A stretch of DNA of 53,427 nt from Promethearchaeati archaeon (GCA_013166775.1 JABLTJ010000024.1:1-53427); one strand, 5' to 3'; counted from the first letter of the stretch, positions 1-10,795 are shown. A program made the numbers and translations. Notes: generated by a model not told the origin, from the sequence alone.

Positions 1-328
1 ATGGTATTCCCATAAAGGTACACAAATCATTTCCTGTTCCAAAAGGTAGTACTCCAAAAGCTACACTTTTTCTCTTCTGTTCAGGAAAAGACATTATTCC
101 ATTTATAGCTTCATTAACCACTCCATCACCACTTGCAACAATGATTCTATTAAAACCATCATCGATTGCTTTTTTTGTTAGCTCCTGTCCTTGAGCTCTT
201 CTTTCAGTAAAGACAACATCATAATCGATGCCGCTCTGTTTTATTACAGGTTCAGCTTTTTCCCATCTTTTAAGGCAAAGACCACCCCCTGCATTAGGAT
301 TAACTATAAACTTCCACTTATCTGACAT
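1..328 (-). CDS. Diacylglycerol/lipid kinase family protein (YegS/DagK-like), runs off the window edge
   Basis: Not in the ORF track. Hand translation from ATG at 328 gives MSDKWKFIVNPNAGGG...IIVASGDGGVNE...GVLPFGTGND, the three DAGK catalytic motifs. Confidence 0.9.
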   Translation of the reverse strand, partial: MSDKWKFIVNPNAGGGLCLKRWEKAEPVIKQSGIDYDVVFTERRAQGQELTKKAIDDGFNRIIVASGDGVVNEAINGIMSFPEQKRKSVAFGVLPFGTGNDLCTFMGIP

Positions 329-490
329 AATGAAGAATGAATAGATTACTTACAATTAAATGTTTTGAGTTTTCTCGGGAAATTTTAAAGTAGTTTGAGA
401 TAATTCCAAGCTTCGACTTCTAATTTATGTACATTCTTTATTTTCTTTCTGCAATTTTGGAATATATAGTTTGAATTTTCTAATTCAAAT

Positions 491-1786
491 TCAGATTTCT
501 TTTGCATATTTTTCTCTGCCTACCAGAGGTATCAGAAAGAGAATAGGAATTATCCCGAATAAGTAGATACTTGCAGTAACCAAAAAATTCAGTTTGAAAT
601 TGTAAGGAGGAATATCACCAACTAGATAACCTCCGATAACTGCTGAAAAGTTCCAGAAGAAACCCCAGGCGAACGCTTCTAAAGAATTCCATTTTCCTCT
701 ATGTTTTTTGGGAACAATATCCATCAAAATGCTTCTGCTTAGAGGTTGAGCTGCATTCATTAAAGATCCTCTTGCGATGAAAATTGGAATAAGTATATAG
801 ATAGGTGGATAGAAAGCTATACCAAATAAGCACAAAGTAGCAATTAGTTGAGCAACGAATATAATGACGGCTCTTCCTCTCTTTAAAGAGAATTTCTGAG
901 CAACTAAACTTGATAATCCAGTAAAGATTGAAGTCATCCCCATAATTACTTGAACCCAAACTGGACTTAACGCATACAATTCCTCATCTAGAAAGAAAAT
1001 CGTAAAGAATTTTATAGTCATTCCTGCTCCAAAACCAATGATAACGTTAGAACCAACTAGAAGAATAGGAATAAGTTTCTTTGCCTGCGATTGTGACAAC
1101 CTAGAAGTAAATCCATTCTTGTTAGTTTGTTCAATATGAGCTGTTTCTTCTTCTATAGATTCACTAATTGAACCAAGACTCCTTTTGTCACTAAAGAAGA
1201 ACATTATTCCAACAGATAGCAAAGTTATAGCAATCCCTACAATAATGACTTTCTTTAGAATATCAAGCTCCCAATCATCTCCAAAAACCACGAAAAGAAT
1301 CACATTGATGAACGGTCCAATTGCCATTGCTACTTGTCGAGCTAGATGCAGCCAGGAGTAAATTTTCGATCTTCTACCAGATTCTACAGAATCTGCTAAT
1401 ATAGATTCTAGAGAAGGTCTTGTTAAAGCTTGGAATATTCCCCAAGCTGCTAGCGCTATAAAGATGTAGACTAAACCCTTCCCAAATAGGATAAATCCTA
1501 AACCCATTATACCAATAAGACCTGCAACTTTGAGAAGTTTGTCTCTCCCAAATCTATCTGCCAAAATTCCTGCGGGAAAAACAAAAACTGTCATTGCAAT
1601 CCCACTTGCAGCAGAAGTCCAGCCAAGTAAAGTATTTGATTTTCCAGAGAAGAAGAAAATGTACGCTGACAGAACATTTCCCATCCAAATACCTCTCCCA
1701 AAAGATTGGAAAATAGAGAAAAGGAAAGCTAGTTTTACATTGAAATTCATAGATTTCAGTGTATCTTTAGATGAAACATTTTCCAA
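491..1786 (-). CDS. MFS transporter
   Basis: 431 aa, about 12 hydrophobic segments, motif A GILADRFGRD. Confidence 0.9.
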   Translation of the reverse strand: MENVSSKDTLKSMNFNVKLAFLFSIFQSFGRGIWMGNVLSAYIFFFSGKSNTLLGWTSAASGIAMTVFVFPAGILADRFGRDKLLKVAGLIGIMGLGFILFGKGLVYIFIALAAWGIFQALTRPSLESILADSVESGRRSKIYSWLHLARQVAMAIGPFINVILFVVFGDDWELDILKKVIIVGIAITLLSVGIMFFFSDKRSLGSISESIEEETAHIEQTNKNGFTSRLSQSQAKKLIPILLVGSNVIIGFGAGMTIKFFTIFFLDEELYALSPVWVQVIMGMTSIFTGLSSLVAQKFSLKRGRAVIIFVAQLIATLCLFGIAFYPPIYILIPIFIARGSLMNAAQPLSRSILMDIVPKKHRGKWNSLEAFAWGFFWNFSAVIGGYLVGDIPPYNFKLNFLVTASIYLFGIIPILFLIPLVGREKYAKEI

Positions 1787-1902
1787 TTTAAAAATCTCCC
1801 GAGTATATTAAACCTTTCTACACAAAACTAAATGAGTGTCATTTAAGTTTTTACTTAAACGGCAAAAACAAGTAAGTCAAAATAATGCTTTTTTTTAATA
1901 TT

Positions 1903-3075
1903 CTAAATCTTCTTTAAATAATTCCAAGCTTCTGATTCTAGTTCATAAGCTAATCGGATATTTTTCTGGAGTCTGAGGATAAAGGGTTCAAAGTTACTAG
2001 CTTCTTTAATAGCATCTTCCTTCACACTTAACCATTTCTCATCAATTTCTCTTAGTTTCTTCTGATAATGCACTTTAGAATCTTCTTGAACTCTATTAGA
2101 TTCATCAATTGTAGATCGGGTAGCTTTTAAAGCTGGTAATTCATCAGGTAAAAGAAATAATGCTACTTTATCCCAAGTTTCAGCAGCTTGTTTGTATAAA
2201 TCAGTTGCTTTGAATAGATTGTCATCTTGAATAAACTCCTGAGCTTCTTCAAGAAAAGAAGTATACATATTTCTTCCTAGTGCCCCTCCTGTTCCTCCAG
2301 TTGCATTGTAGATATAGGTCATATATAATGTGAGTATCATTTTTTCAGGTGGAAATTGCATCCATGTTGTTCCTATCATTTTTTCGAATTTTAATATCCC
2401 TTTCAATCCCAAGTTAGTAATTGGTGGTTCCATCATCACTTCAGCATTCTCTCGAATAGCTTTCTTTATGCTATCCTTTAAATCAAAACTCTTCATTGGG
2501 GGATTAATAACTACTTTTTTGTTTTTTGATGCAAATGGAGGATAAGTCGAGGAATGAGCATCCATAAATTGATCAATTGTCAATGTATTAGGTTGAAGGA
2601 ATCTATCTGACACATAGATGGTATTTTCATTTTCATCAATCCCATAAACTACAAATGTATGCCCTCCAAAATGCCCTGCTGATTCATTAGGATAGGGGGC
2701 ATCATCTCTGAAGAAATACGGAAGAAAAGCCATATCTACAAATGGAATGAATGGTTTTTCATCTTTCAGAATTTCTTTCACTTGAGTGAAGGAAGTTTTG
2801 CGAGAAGTAGTTTGCATCACTAATTCAGCTGAACCACCAAGATTCCTTAAAGATGTCTCAAACAAGTTTATATTTTTACCATTTAATCCTCCGACAAATG
2901 GATAAGACATTTGTTTCATATCCCAATAAATGAATCCTATTCCAGAAGCAATTCCCATTATCATTTCTTCTGTAAGGTTAATTCCATAGTAATTCAGTAT
3001 CTTTCTTACAGAACTTAATTGGCAATTTTTCCCTTCCATATGTTCAAAATCTTCGATTATTATTCTCTCTTTCAT
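1903..3075 (-). CDS. BtrH N-terminal domain / DUF4872 protein (papain-like peptidase fold)
   Basis: N-terminal NCQLSS Cys, GIGFIYW, VDMAFLPY, HFGGHTFVVYG His and GGTGGALGRNMY motifs. Confidence 0.75.
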   Translation of the reverse strand: MKERIIIEDFEHMEGKNCQLSSVRKILNYYGINLTEEMIMGIASGIGFIYWDMKQMSYPFVGGLNGKNINLFETSLRNLGGSAELVMQTTSRKTSFTQVKEILKDEKPFIPFVDMAFLPYFFRDDAPYPNESAGHFGGHTFVVYGIDENENTIYVSDRFLQPNTLTIDQFMDAHSSTYPPFASKNKKVVINPPMKSFDLKDSIKKAIRENAEVMMEPPITNLGLKGILKFEKMIGTTWMQFPPEKMILTLYMTYIYNATGGTGGALGRNMYTSFLEEAQEFIQDDNLFKATDLYKQAAETWDKVALFLLPDELPALKATRSTIDESNRVQEDSKVHYQKKLREIDEKWLSVKEDAIKEASNFEPFILRLQKNIRLAYELESEAWNYLKKI

Positions 3076-3630
3076 TTACTCACCTTTCAGAAAATCACGA
3101 TTAGATTGAAGTTCGTCTATGAAATGTTTAATCCAATTCATTTCAGCGTCGACTATTTCAAGAGGACGTTCAAACAATGCGATCTTTCGGTAATTTTCCA
3201 GTTCCGCTTTTGAGTTCTTAAGAAGCTCTTGAAGTTTATCCAATCGTTTTTGAGAAGAGAAGAGATATTTTTCCAGACATTCTATGGCTTCCTTTGGATC
3301 AAGTAAATGTATATATGCTATACCAAGCTCAAATGGAGATTTCTGTTTGTAATTTTGAGATAGTAGTGCTGCAATTTTTTCTTTTAGTACTTTCCTTCCA
3401 GTTCTAGTTATTGAATAGATTATTCGGTTACGCCCTCTAACTAACTTTCCCTTGCTTCTGACATAGTCTTCATCTTCCAATCTTTTTAGTACATAATAAA
3501 TGGAAGAGAAACCAATTTCAGTCCAATCTCTCATATTTCTTTCTTCAATAATTTTTTCAATTTCATAACCATATAACGCATCGTCAAAAAGCAATCCAAG
3601 TATTGCCGTTTCCCTATCAGTTATAGTCAT
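3076..3630 (-). CDS. PadR-family transcriptional regulator
   Basis: ILGLL..YGYEI..SIYYVLKRLE..Y.ITRTGR; abuts the BtrH-like gene. Confidence 0.9.
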   Translation of the reverse strand: MTITDRETAILGLLFDDALYGYEIEKIIEERNMRDWTEIGFSSIYYVLKRLEDEDYVRSKGKLVRGRNRIIYSITRTGRKVLKEKIAALLSQNYKQKSPFELGIAYIHLLDPKEAIECLEKYLFSSQKRLDKLQELLKNSKAELENYRKIALFERPLEIVDAEMNWIKHFIDELQSNRDFLKGE

Positions 3631-3632
3631 TT

Positions 3633-3666
3633 TATTCTACAAATAGAATATTCTTAATTTAGAATA
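3633..3666. promoter_or_regulatory. Two overlapping palindromes, candidate PadR operator
   Basis: TATTCTA-CAAA-TAGAATA overlapping TATTCT-TAATTT-AGAATA, directly upstream of the padR start. Confidence 0.6.
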
Positions 3667-3749
3667 TATAAATTTATTTTTAGTCGTTACGCAATATTAT
3701 GTTACCTTAATGATAATGCTTTAAATAATAGATTGACATAGAAACAAAG

Positions 3750-5213
3750 GTGTATTTCATGCGTAAGAGGGTTATTTTTTCTATATGGATTTCACTATTC
3801 ATAATTAGCATTATACCCTTAACACTGTCCATGGTTCCTTATGCTAGAGATGTTTATGTTCATGCTTTAATATTGGTTTTTCCCATAATTGGAGTATTGA
3901 TTGGTTTATTTACATTATTAAAAGTAAAAGATAGAGAGAGAAGAAATGTAATCATTATTATTCTAGTGTCAATTGCTCTTCTTCTAGGTTATGAAATTGC
4001 ACAGGAATTCTTCTCAGGACCAACTGAAAGCTTGTTTTATGGTAACTGGGTACTTCTCTTGATAAGCGCATACTTTCCTTTCTTATTATTTGGCATAAGA
4101 AGAATAGTAAGAGATTTAAAATTTGTTACAAGAGCAGCTGTAATTATTGGGATAGGAGTTACAGGTATCACAACAGTTGTAGTAGCGCCAATAGTATCTT
4201 ATTTCTTTAAGAGCATTGGTGCATTAGGAACATCAGTTGATGTAAGAGTGTTTTTAGTAATAATGATTGTGGATTTCATCTCATTTTTTGTTCTAAACCT
4301 CCTACTCATATTATACATTCAACAGAAATATGGTTATTACTGGATACTATTTGTTATAGGCTTTGGAATTTTTATCTTTCGTGATTTAGCTTCTGCATAT
4401 TCATTAATGCTCGAAACTTCATATCCTGAATCAGTTATTAACGTGCTTAACTTGATTTTTTATTCAACAATGGTAGTAGGCTTAATTACTCTTTTAGATC
4501 CAGAATTTGATCTTCGACCGATTAAAGATTTAGATATAGAGAGACAGTTCTATAAGGATAGATACGAGGAATTACAAACACTCTCAAAGGATCTTATAAC
4601 AGTGACTGAATTATGGTTTCATGATCTGAAAAACGACATGAGTGTAATTAATAATGCAAAAGAATTCTATGATGAAACTACAGATAACAAATATTTTACG
4701 ATGATAATGAATCGCATAAAACTCATTGAAGAGAGATTATTAATATTTGAATCTCCCTCGAATATTCTTGATTCCCTAAAGATTCAATCCACACCAATTG
4801 ACATTATTGAAGGAGTCTATAAAGCATATGAAAATGTCACAGTCAAATTACCAGACAGTAACATTAATGTTAAAGCTAACAAGTTACTCTTTCCAATTAT
4901 TCTGAACATCGTACATAATGCGTTTCAACATGCAAGTAAAGAGATAGATGTCTCTATTGAAGTATTCGAAGGAATAGAGAAAGTTATAATAGAAATAAAA
5001 GATAATGGCAAAGGCATTCCAGATGATATAAAAGAGAAGATTTTTCTCAAAAACTTTTCATTAAGTGAAGAAGAATCTTCAGGTTTGGGATTATACTTGG
5101 CAAGGTTAACAATAAACAGCTATGGTGGAAAACTAACTGTTACCGACAACGATCCAAATGGCACTATATTCAGATTAGAATTACAGAAAATTGTTACTGG
5201 AGAAAAGAATTAA
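3750..5213 (+). CDS. Multi-pass membrane sensor histidine kinase
   Basis: About 8 TM segments, H-box FHDLKN, N-box NIVHNA, G1 DNGKGIP, G2 GLGLY. Confidence 0.9.
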   Translation: MYFMRKRVIFSIWISLFIISIIPLTLSMVPYARDVYVHALILVFPIIGVLIGLFTLLKVKDRERRNVIIIILVSIALLLGYEIAQEFFSGPTESLFYGNWVLLLISAYFPFLLFGIRRIVRDLKFVTRAAVIIGIGVTGITTVVVAPIVSYFFKSIGALGTSVDVRVFLVIMIVDFISFFVLNLLLILYIQQKYGYYWILFVIGFGIFIFRDLASAYSLMLETSYPESVINVLNLIFYSTMVVGLITLLDPEFDLRPIKDLDIERQFYKDRYEELQTLSKDLITVTELWFHDLKNDMSVINNAKEFYDETTDNKYFTMIMNRIKLIEERLLIFESPSNILDSLKIQSTPIDIIEGVYKAYENVTVKLPDSNINVKANKLLFPIILNIVHNAFQHASKEIDVSIEVFEGIEKVIIEIKDNGKGIPDDIKEKIFLKNFSLSEEESSGLGLYLARLTINSYGGKLTVTDNDPNGTIFRLELQKIVTGEKN

Positions 5214-5467
5214 TCAGGCCAAACCCGTTTCTCTAATTTTGTATCACACTTCCTACAAACCTTCTTTTCAGTTTGAGGATAACCGTACTTATCTTTCTCT
5301 GTTATATTTTTAATTGCTTGACTGCAGGTGAAATCCAGTTTACAGTAAGGGCAGTGAAAATAAGAATTTTCTCTCTTTTTAGTTGGTGATAATATAGGTC
5401 TAGGACAGAAAGAGGCTTTTATTACCTTCTTACAATCACACCGTAAATGGCTTCCTACAACAGTCAC
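5210..5467 (-). CDS. Small Cys-rich putative zinc-binding protein (paralog of 34345-34668)
   Basis: HxxCxC-x8-C...CxxC-x5-C...CxxC...WP; ungapped alignment to the second copy supports coding status. Confidence 0.75.
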   Translation of the reverse strand: MTVVGSHLRCDCKKVIKASFCPRPILSPTKKRENSYFHCPYCKLDFTCSQAIKNITEKDKYGYPQTEKKVCRKCDTKLEKRVWPD

Positions 5468-5528
5468 AAGGTTTTTTGAATCTAGTATAATAAAAAACTT
5501 TAGTTAAAGAAAGAAAAAGGAGAGAGGA

Positions 5529-5999
5529 TTATGCTTGTATATTTATAACCAATGGAGCAAATTGCTGAGCAACGAAATTTAGAGATATTCCAAAGTAAAT
5601 TGGAGTAGCTAATACTTCGACTGAAAGAGAAATTACACCACCAGAAGCTATTGTTGATATATCAGCAGTTTCGAAAACCAAAACAAATACTAAATCTTGC
5701 GACTCTCCTAGTTTTATAGTAATTTGTTGTGGATCCCCATAGACAGATCCACCTTTTTTTACAGTAATATCCAATCTCACTGATTTGGGAAAATAGCCAA
5801 GTTTAGGTGTCGATAATGTTGTAGTAATTGTAGCTGATTCATTGTTATTAGCAACATCAAAAGCTGGAGTACCTATTACAAACTCACTTGATTTTGCTTC
5901 AAAGTCCTTATAACTTATATAAACATCTACTCCTATAACTATTACCGCAGCTATTATGAGTAGAAAAAAAATCAGAAATACTTTTGTTCTTGTTTTCAT
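5529..5999 (-). CDS. Membrane-anchored hypothetical protein
   Basis: N-terminal basic residues plus TM helix, then a beta-rich domain. Confidence 0.65.
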   Translation of the reverse strand: MKTRTKVFLIFFLLIIAAVIVIGVDVYISYKDFEAKSSEFVIGTPAFDVANNNESATITTTLSTPKLGYFPKSVRLDITVKKGGSVYGDPQQITIKLGESQDLVFVLVFETADISTIASGGVISLSVEVLATPIYFGISLNFVAQQFAPLVINIQA

Positions 6000-6106
6000 A
6001 GATAAGAAATGAACTATTAAGATTTAAATATTATTAAATGGAAATTGATGATTTTTATCTAAAAGAATAAATAAAGTTTTTTTACTACTAGTGAATTGAA
6101 ATATAT

Positions 6107-6982
6107 ATGACACAAAAGTTCTGCATTATGACTGATTCAGGAGCAGATTTCAGCTTAGAATATCAAAAGGAACATGATTTAGTTCTTATTCCTACCAGAA
6201 TCATGATCAATGACGTGGAATTCATTGATAGAGAAAACATCACAAGAGAAGAAATAATTGATAAAATGATTAATGATAAAGCTAAAACATCTACATCTGT
6301 AGCTCCACCAGCTGAGTTTCACAGAATAATTAGCGAATCACTCGAGAAGTATGAAAAAGTACTTTACATAGCAATAAGTTCGAAAATGTCTGCTACTTAT
6401 CAGAATGCGATTCTGACAGCAAAACGAATAGATCCTGATCGTTTTTTTGCTTTCGATACACAATCTGTTTCATGGGGAATGTCGTTATTAATAGATCATG
6501 CTATTCTTAGAAGAGATCAAGGTATAGCTCTTGAGCAAGTTATTAATGAGTTAAATAAGATGATAAAAAGCTTAAAGCTTTACTTTATAGTTGACACACT
6601 AGAATATCTACGTCGAGGTGGAAGAATTGGTGCTGCGAAGAGTATGCTAGGAAAACTCATAGGAGCTAAACCCATCTTAACAATAGAAGATGGTGAAATC
6701 AAACCGGAAGATACAGTTAGGAGTATTGATGCTGGAATTGAGTTTTTTGAGAGTAAGTTGAAAGAATTCTCAAAAAAATATACAAATTATGCTTTTGCTA
6801 CTATCTTTGGAATTGAGACTCAAATGTTTAAGGAATTCGCAGAGAATTTAGCTAACAAATATAAACCACTTAAATTCTTCTATGAACCTATTGGAGCAAA
6901 CATTATTAGTCATGCAGGACCATTTTTGTTTGGTATTGGTATCATAGAAATTCCTGATGATGCTCTAATGTCCTACAAATGA
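6107..6982 (+). CDS. DegV family fatty-acid-binding protein
   Basis: TDSGAD, ISSKMSATYQNA, LEYLRRGGRIG, KPIL, I.SHAGP motifs. Confidence 0.92.
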   Translation: MTQKFCIMTDSGADFSLEYQKEHDLVLIPTRIMINDVEFIDRENITREEIIDKMINDKAKTSTSVAPPAEFHRIISESLEKYEKVLYIAISSKMSATYQNAILTAKRIDPDRFFAFDTQSVSWGMSLLIDHAILRRDQGIALEQVINELNKMIKSLKLYFIVDTLEYLRRGGRIGAAKSMLGKLIGAKPILTIEDGEIKPEDTVRSIDAGIEFFESKLKEFSKKYTNYAFATIFGIETQMFKEFAENLANKYKPLKFFYEPIGANIISHAGPFLFGIGIIEIPDDALMSYK

Positions 6983-7135
6983 TTTTCAAACACAAATGAA
7001 ATCCATCGCATCTTTTTTATTTTTTTATTGTAGAGAGCGACAAATTCGTTATGAGAAAATTACTAAAATTTTTATAGAAGTCACATGCTTTTCCATCCAT
7101 TCTGAAGATAAAAATACATATTTGGATAGATTGCT

Positions 7136-9745
7136 ATGGTTAGAAAATTAACAAAGACTATCATTCAAATGTCTGTTGTACTTGTTTGTATAATTGCTTT
7201 ATTTATCGCTTTTTCAATTCCTTTTGGTATAATTCCTCCTTTAGGAAGATTTCTTTTCCCAGGAGGAGGTTTATGGGACATACCTGAAGATGTAGTTTCT
7301 AAAGATACTATTACAGTAACAAGTCTTTCAGCGGATGTAACAGTTTTTCGTGATGAATGGGGAATACCCCACATCTATGGAGAATCAGAAAAAGATATAT
7401 TGTTTGCTTTAGGATATGTTCAAGCTCAAGATAGACTTTTTCAAATGGACATGGCTAGAAGAGTAACTAGAGGACTATTATCAGAAGTAATTGGTGAAGA
7501 TGCAATGGATGTAGACAAGTTCAGTTTGAATAAGCTGAAAGAATATTGGGCTCAGCAGACTTTAGATGAATTGAAAGCTAGTCAAGATCCTATAGATCAG
7601 ATAATTTACCAAGAGATAGTTGCTTATTCTGAAGGTGTAAATTATTATATCACAAATATGAAATTTCTACCTTTGGAGTATCTTTTCTTGAATTTCAAAC
7701 CTAGAATCTGGGAACCAATAGATACTTTAAGTTTCATTAAATATATGTCAGAAGATTTAAGTTGGTCATATGAGGATTTTACCAACCTTAAGATATATGA
7801 TTCTCTAGGATTGGATGCATATCTGGAATTGTTTGACTTACCGTATCAAATTCCCGTAACAGTTGATTATGGTGAGTATAATTCCTCTTTATCTCCACTA
7901 GCAGCTTTCCGAGATCATAAAGAAATCACTCAAATTCAGAAGAGCATAATTCATGACTTGACAGATTTATTTTCTTCTTTCATCACTGATATAGAAAAAA
8001 TTCCTGGTGAAAAGAGATTAATGGAAGAAAAAGAATTCGTTGGATCTAATAATTGGGTTATTGGTGAAAACAAATCTGAATCTTCTCTTCCAATACTCTG
8101 CAATGATATGCATTTAGGGCATGATTTACCTGGTATTTGGTATGAAGCACATTTAGTTAATATAGATCCTTTATCAGATTTTAATGTATATGGATTTTTC
8201 TTGGCAGGAGTACCTTTCCCAATAGTAGGACATAATCAGTATATAGGATGGGGAATGACAAATACCGGATTTGATGTAATAGATTGGTACTATTACAAAG
8301 GTATTAATGAATCTCATTATTGGTACAAAGGAAAAGAAACAGCTTATACATTTATCGAGTATGAGGTACCTGTAAAGAATCAAGATTCGGTCTTATTTAA
8401 TGTCAAGAATACAGTCCATGGTCCTGTAATGACAGATTTTGTAGAATCGACAAGTCGTTCAGGTCGTGAATATGATGTTATTGCCTGCAAATGGATTGCT
8501 CATAATGTATCTTATGAATCAAGAGCTATTTATGGATGGATACATGCAAAAAACAGAGATGATTTCGATGAAGCTTCTAGATATTTCCACACTCCAGCTC
8601 AGAACATTGTATATGCTGATATTCATGGACACATAGGAATTCGTCCTACTGGTAAAGTTCCTATAAGAGATGATAGTAATATTCCCTCTTGGCATTTTGG
8701 TAATGGTACCTTACCCTATAATGGTTCAGCAGGAAATGGAGAATGGATTGATTACGTACCTTTTGATTTCTTGCCCAACACAGAAAATCCTGACCAGAAC
8801 TTCCTAGTTTCAGCTAACCAAATCAGTGCTGGACCAGATTATCCTTATCATTTACAACATCCCTTAGAGATAAACAGAGGTTATAGAGCTAGAAGAATTA
8901 ACAATCTGATAGCTTCAGAAGAAGATTTCACAGTTGAAGATATGAAATCTATTCAATTGGATGTTTACTCCCTTAAAGCAGGAAATTTCACTCCCTATTT
9001 AGTTGATGTAGTCAATTCAATTAGTAATAGAGATACCATCCAGCAATCAGCTTTAGATTTTTTACTTGATTGGGATTTTGTTATGGATAAGGAAGAAGCA
9101 ACTCCTACAATATTTTATCTTTGGATAGAAATATTCCAAGAAGAAACTTTCAATGATGAAATGAATGATAAAGATTGTCCAAGGATTCCAAGTCATACCA
9201 TACTAGAAATATTAACTAAAACAAATGAATCTTCAATCTGGTTCGATAATATCAATACTCCTCATATAGAACTAAGGGACGAGATAATTCTTCGTTCCTT
9301 TAACATGGCATTAAACGGTTTAAAAGACTATTTTGAGACTGATGATGTTTCACAGTGGAAGTGGGGAGACATTAATACAAAATACATTCCACATCTTACA
9401 GGTCTGTCAGCTTTAGCCTACGGACCAGTTGGAGTAGATGGGACAGAGGACACAGTAAATCCTGTTTATAGAAAAGATATCTGGAGAAACAATGAGGTTG
9501 AGTTATCTCTTGGTAGTGGTGGAGCATCTGAAAGAATGATTGTGGATTTCAATAATCTGAATAATTCATTATCAGTTATACCTTCAGGAGAAAGGGGAAT
9601 AACTATCTCAAAACATTATGTAGATCAACTGGAGATGTATCTTAGAGGAGAGTATCATGTGCAGTATTTCTCAGCGGATACAGTAGAAAAATTCCAAGAA
9701 AAATGGATAGAATCACGGATATACTTCAAAGCAGGAGGAAATTAA
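7136..9745 (+). CDS. Penicillin acylase family (Ntn hydrolase), membrane-anchored
   Basis: RDEWGIPHI, GYVQAQDRLFQMD, catalytic GSNNW, NDMHL, SANQ. Confidence 0.93.
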   Translation: MVRKLTKTIIQMSVVLVCIIALFIAFSIPFGIIPPLGRFLFPGGGLWDIPEDVVSKDTITVTSLSADVTVFRDEWGIPHIYGESEKDILFALGYVQAQDRLFQMDMARRVTRGLLSEVIGEDAMDVDKFSLNKLKEYWAQQTLDELKASQDPIDQIIYQEIVAYSEGVNYYITNMKFLPLEYLFLNFKPRIWEPIDTLSFIKYMSEDLSWSYEDFTNLKIYDSLGLDAYLELFDLPYQIPVTVDYGEYNSSLSPLAAFRDHKEITQIQKSIIHDLTDLFSSFITDIEKIPGEKRLMEEKEFVGSNNWVIGENKSESSLPILCNDMHLGHDLPGIWYEAHLVNIDPLSDFNVYGFFLAGVPFPIVGHNQYIGWGMTNTGFDVIDWYYYKGINESHYWYKGKETAYTFIEYEVPVKNQDSVLFNVKNTVHGPVMTDFVESTSRSGREYDVIACKWIAHNVSYESRAIYGWIHAKNRDDFDEASRYFHTPAQNIVYADIHGHIGIRPTGKVPIRDDSNIPSWHFGNGTLPYNGSAGNGEWIDYVPFDFLPNTENPDQNFLVSANQISAGPDYPYHLQHPLEINRGYRARRINNLIASEEDFTVEDMKSIQLDVYSLKAGNFTPYLVDVVNSISNRDTIQQSALDFLLDWDFVMDKEEATPTIFYLWIEIFQEETFNDEMNDKDCPRIPSHTILEILTKTNESSIWFDNINTPHIELRDEIILRSFNMALNGLKDYFETDDVSQWKWGDINTKYIPHLTGLSALAYGPVGVDGTEDTVNPVYRKDIWRNNEVELSLGSGGASERMIVDFNNLNNSLSVIPSGERGITISKHYVDQLEMYLRGEYHVQYFSADTVEKFQEKWIESRIYFKAGGN

Positions 9746-9746
9746 A

Positions 9747-10169
9747 ATGAATGTAAAAGAGACATTTTCGCAAGTACTTTCATTCCTTGATAAGAGAGCA
9801 TCGTATATGGGATTTATATTCTGCTTTGTCTTTGCCTTAATCTTCGTTTTTACACCCCTCTGGCAGCTTTCAATTCTGGCAAGTTTCATTGGAGGATTGT
9901 TCTACAAGAAAATGAACAAAGGAGCACTTATAGGTTCTGTAGGTGTCGCTTTAGCTTGGGCAATTTATATCGTAATTGAGATATCGTCTACTAATGTATC
10001 CACCCTTTTTGACCAAGTTGGTGGAATCATAATAGGCTTAACAGGATTTGGATGGATTTTCATTCTGGTTCTAATCCTTCTAGGTGCTATTTTTGGTTCT
10101 TTAGGTGGTTCTTTTGGAAGTGGAATAAGGATTCTATTTGAAATTAAACAAGGAAAAACAAGCGAATAG
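9747..10169 (+). CDS. Small Gly-rich membrane protein
   Basis: About 4 TM segments; starts 1 nt after the acylase stop. Confidence 0.7.
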   Translation: MNVKETFSQVLSFLDKRASYMGFIFCFVFALIFVFTPLWQLSILASFIGGLFYKKMNKGALIGSVGVALAWAIYIVIEISSTNVSTLFDQVGGIIIGLTGFGWIFILVLILLGAIFGSLGGSFGSGIRILFEIKQGKTSE

Positions 10170-10285
10170 ATTCTTGTTTTTTCTTTTTCATTCTTTTTCT
10201 TTTGCACAAGAGATAAAAATTGCGGGTTTACTTTACATTTGTGACAGCTGAAACTTCAATCACAGATAATAAGATAAATTTAGAA

Positions 10286-10795
10286 ATGAAGAGATTAAAT
10301 CAGATTCTAACCCTCCTTTTGAATGAAGCAAAGAGTAGCACAGTAGATAAGAGAGATCAAACCTTGGAATGGAGCATAAATCACATGTTTTCTTGCTCAC
10401 AATTAGCTAAATTACTTGCTCATAAGAGAGGATTGGATATGGAATTAAGTGGAATTGCAGGTGCTATTCATGATATAGCAATCATTAGAACAGGGATTTT
10501 CAAGGATCATGGTCCAGCAGGTGCCCCGATGGTTAGAGAGATATTGGAAGCTTATAATGTTAATTACGGAGCAAAAAAAGGTGAATTGAAAGAAGAAGAA
10601 ATAGAACTGATTGTTGAAGCAACTCACCAACATACAGATAAGAAGAATTATACAGATCACAAATTCATAGAACTCATCAAAGATGCTGATTCCCTAGACA
10701 GATTCCTTCATAGTAAGGATACTTATGCTTTCTATTCTGTGAGATGTAGAAATTCTCTAAAAGATTTAAATATTGATTTTGATGAATTCAAGTAA
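10286..10795 (+). CDS. HD-domain phosphohydrolase
   Basis: H...HD...DAD.LD metal motif; ATG at 10286 preferred over TTG at 10220. Confidence 0.85.
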   Translation: MKRLNQILTLLLNEAKSSTVDKRDQTLEWSINHMFSCSQLAKLLAHKRGLDMELSGIAGAIHDIAIIRTGIFKDHGPAGAPMVREILEAYNVNYGAKKGELKEEEIELIVEATHQHTDKKNYTDHKFIELIKDADSLDRFLHSKDTYAFYSVRCRNSLKDLNIDFDEFK

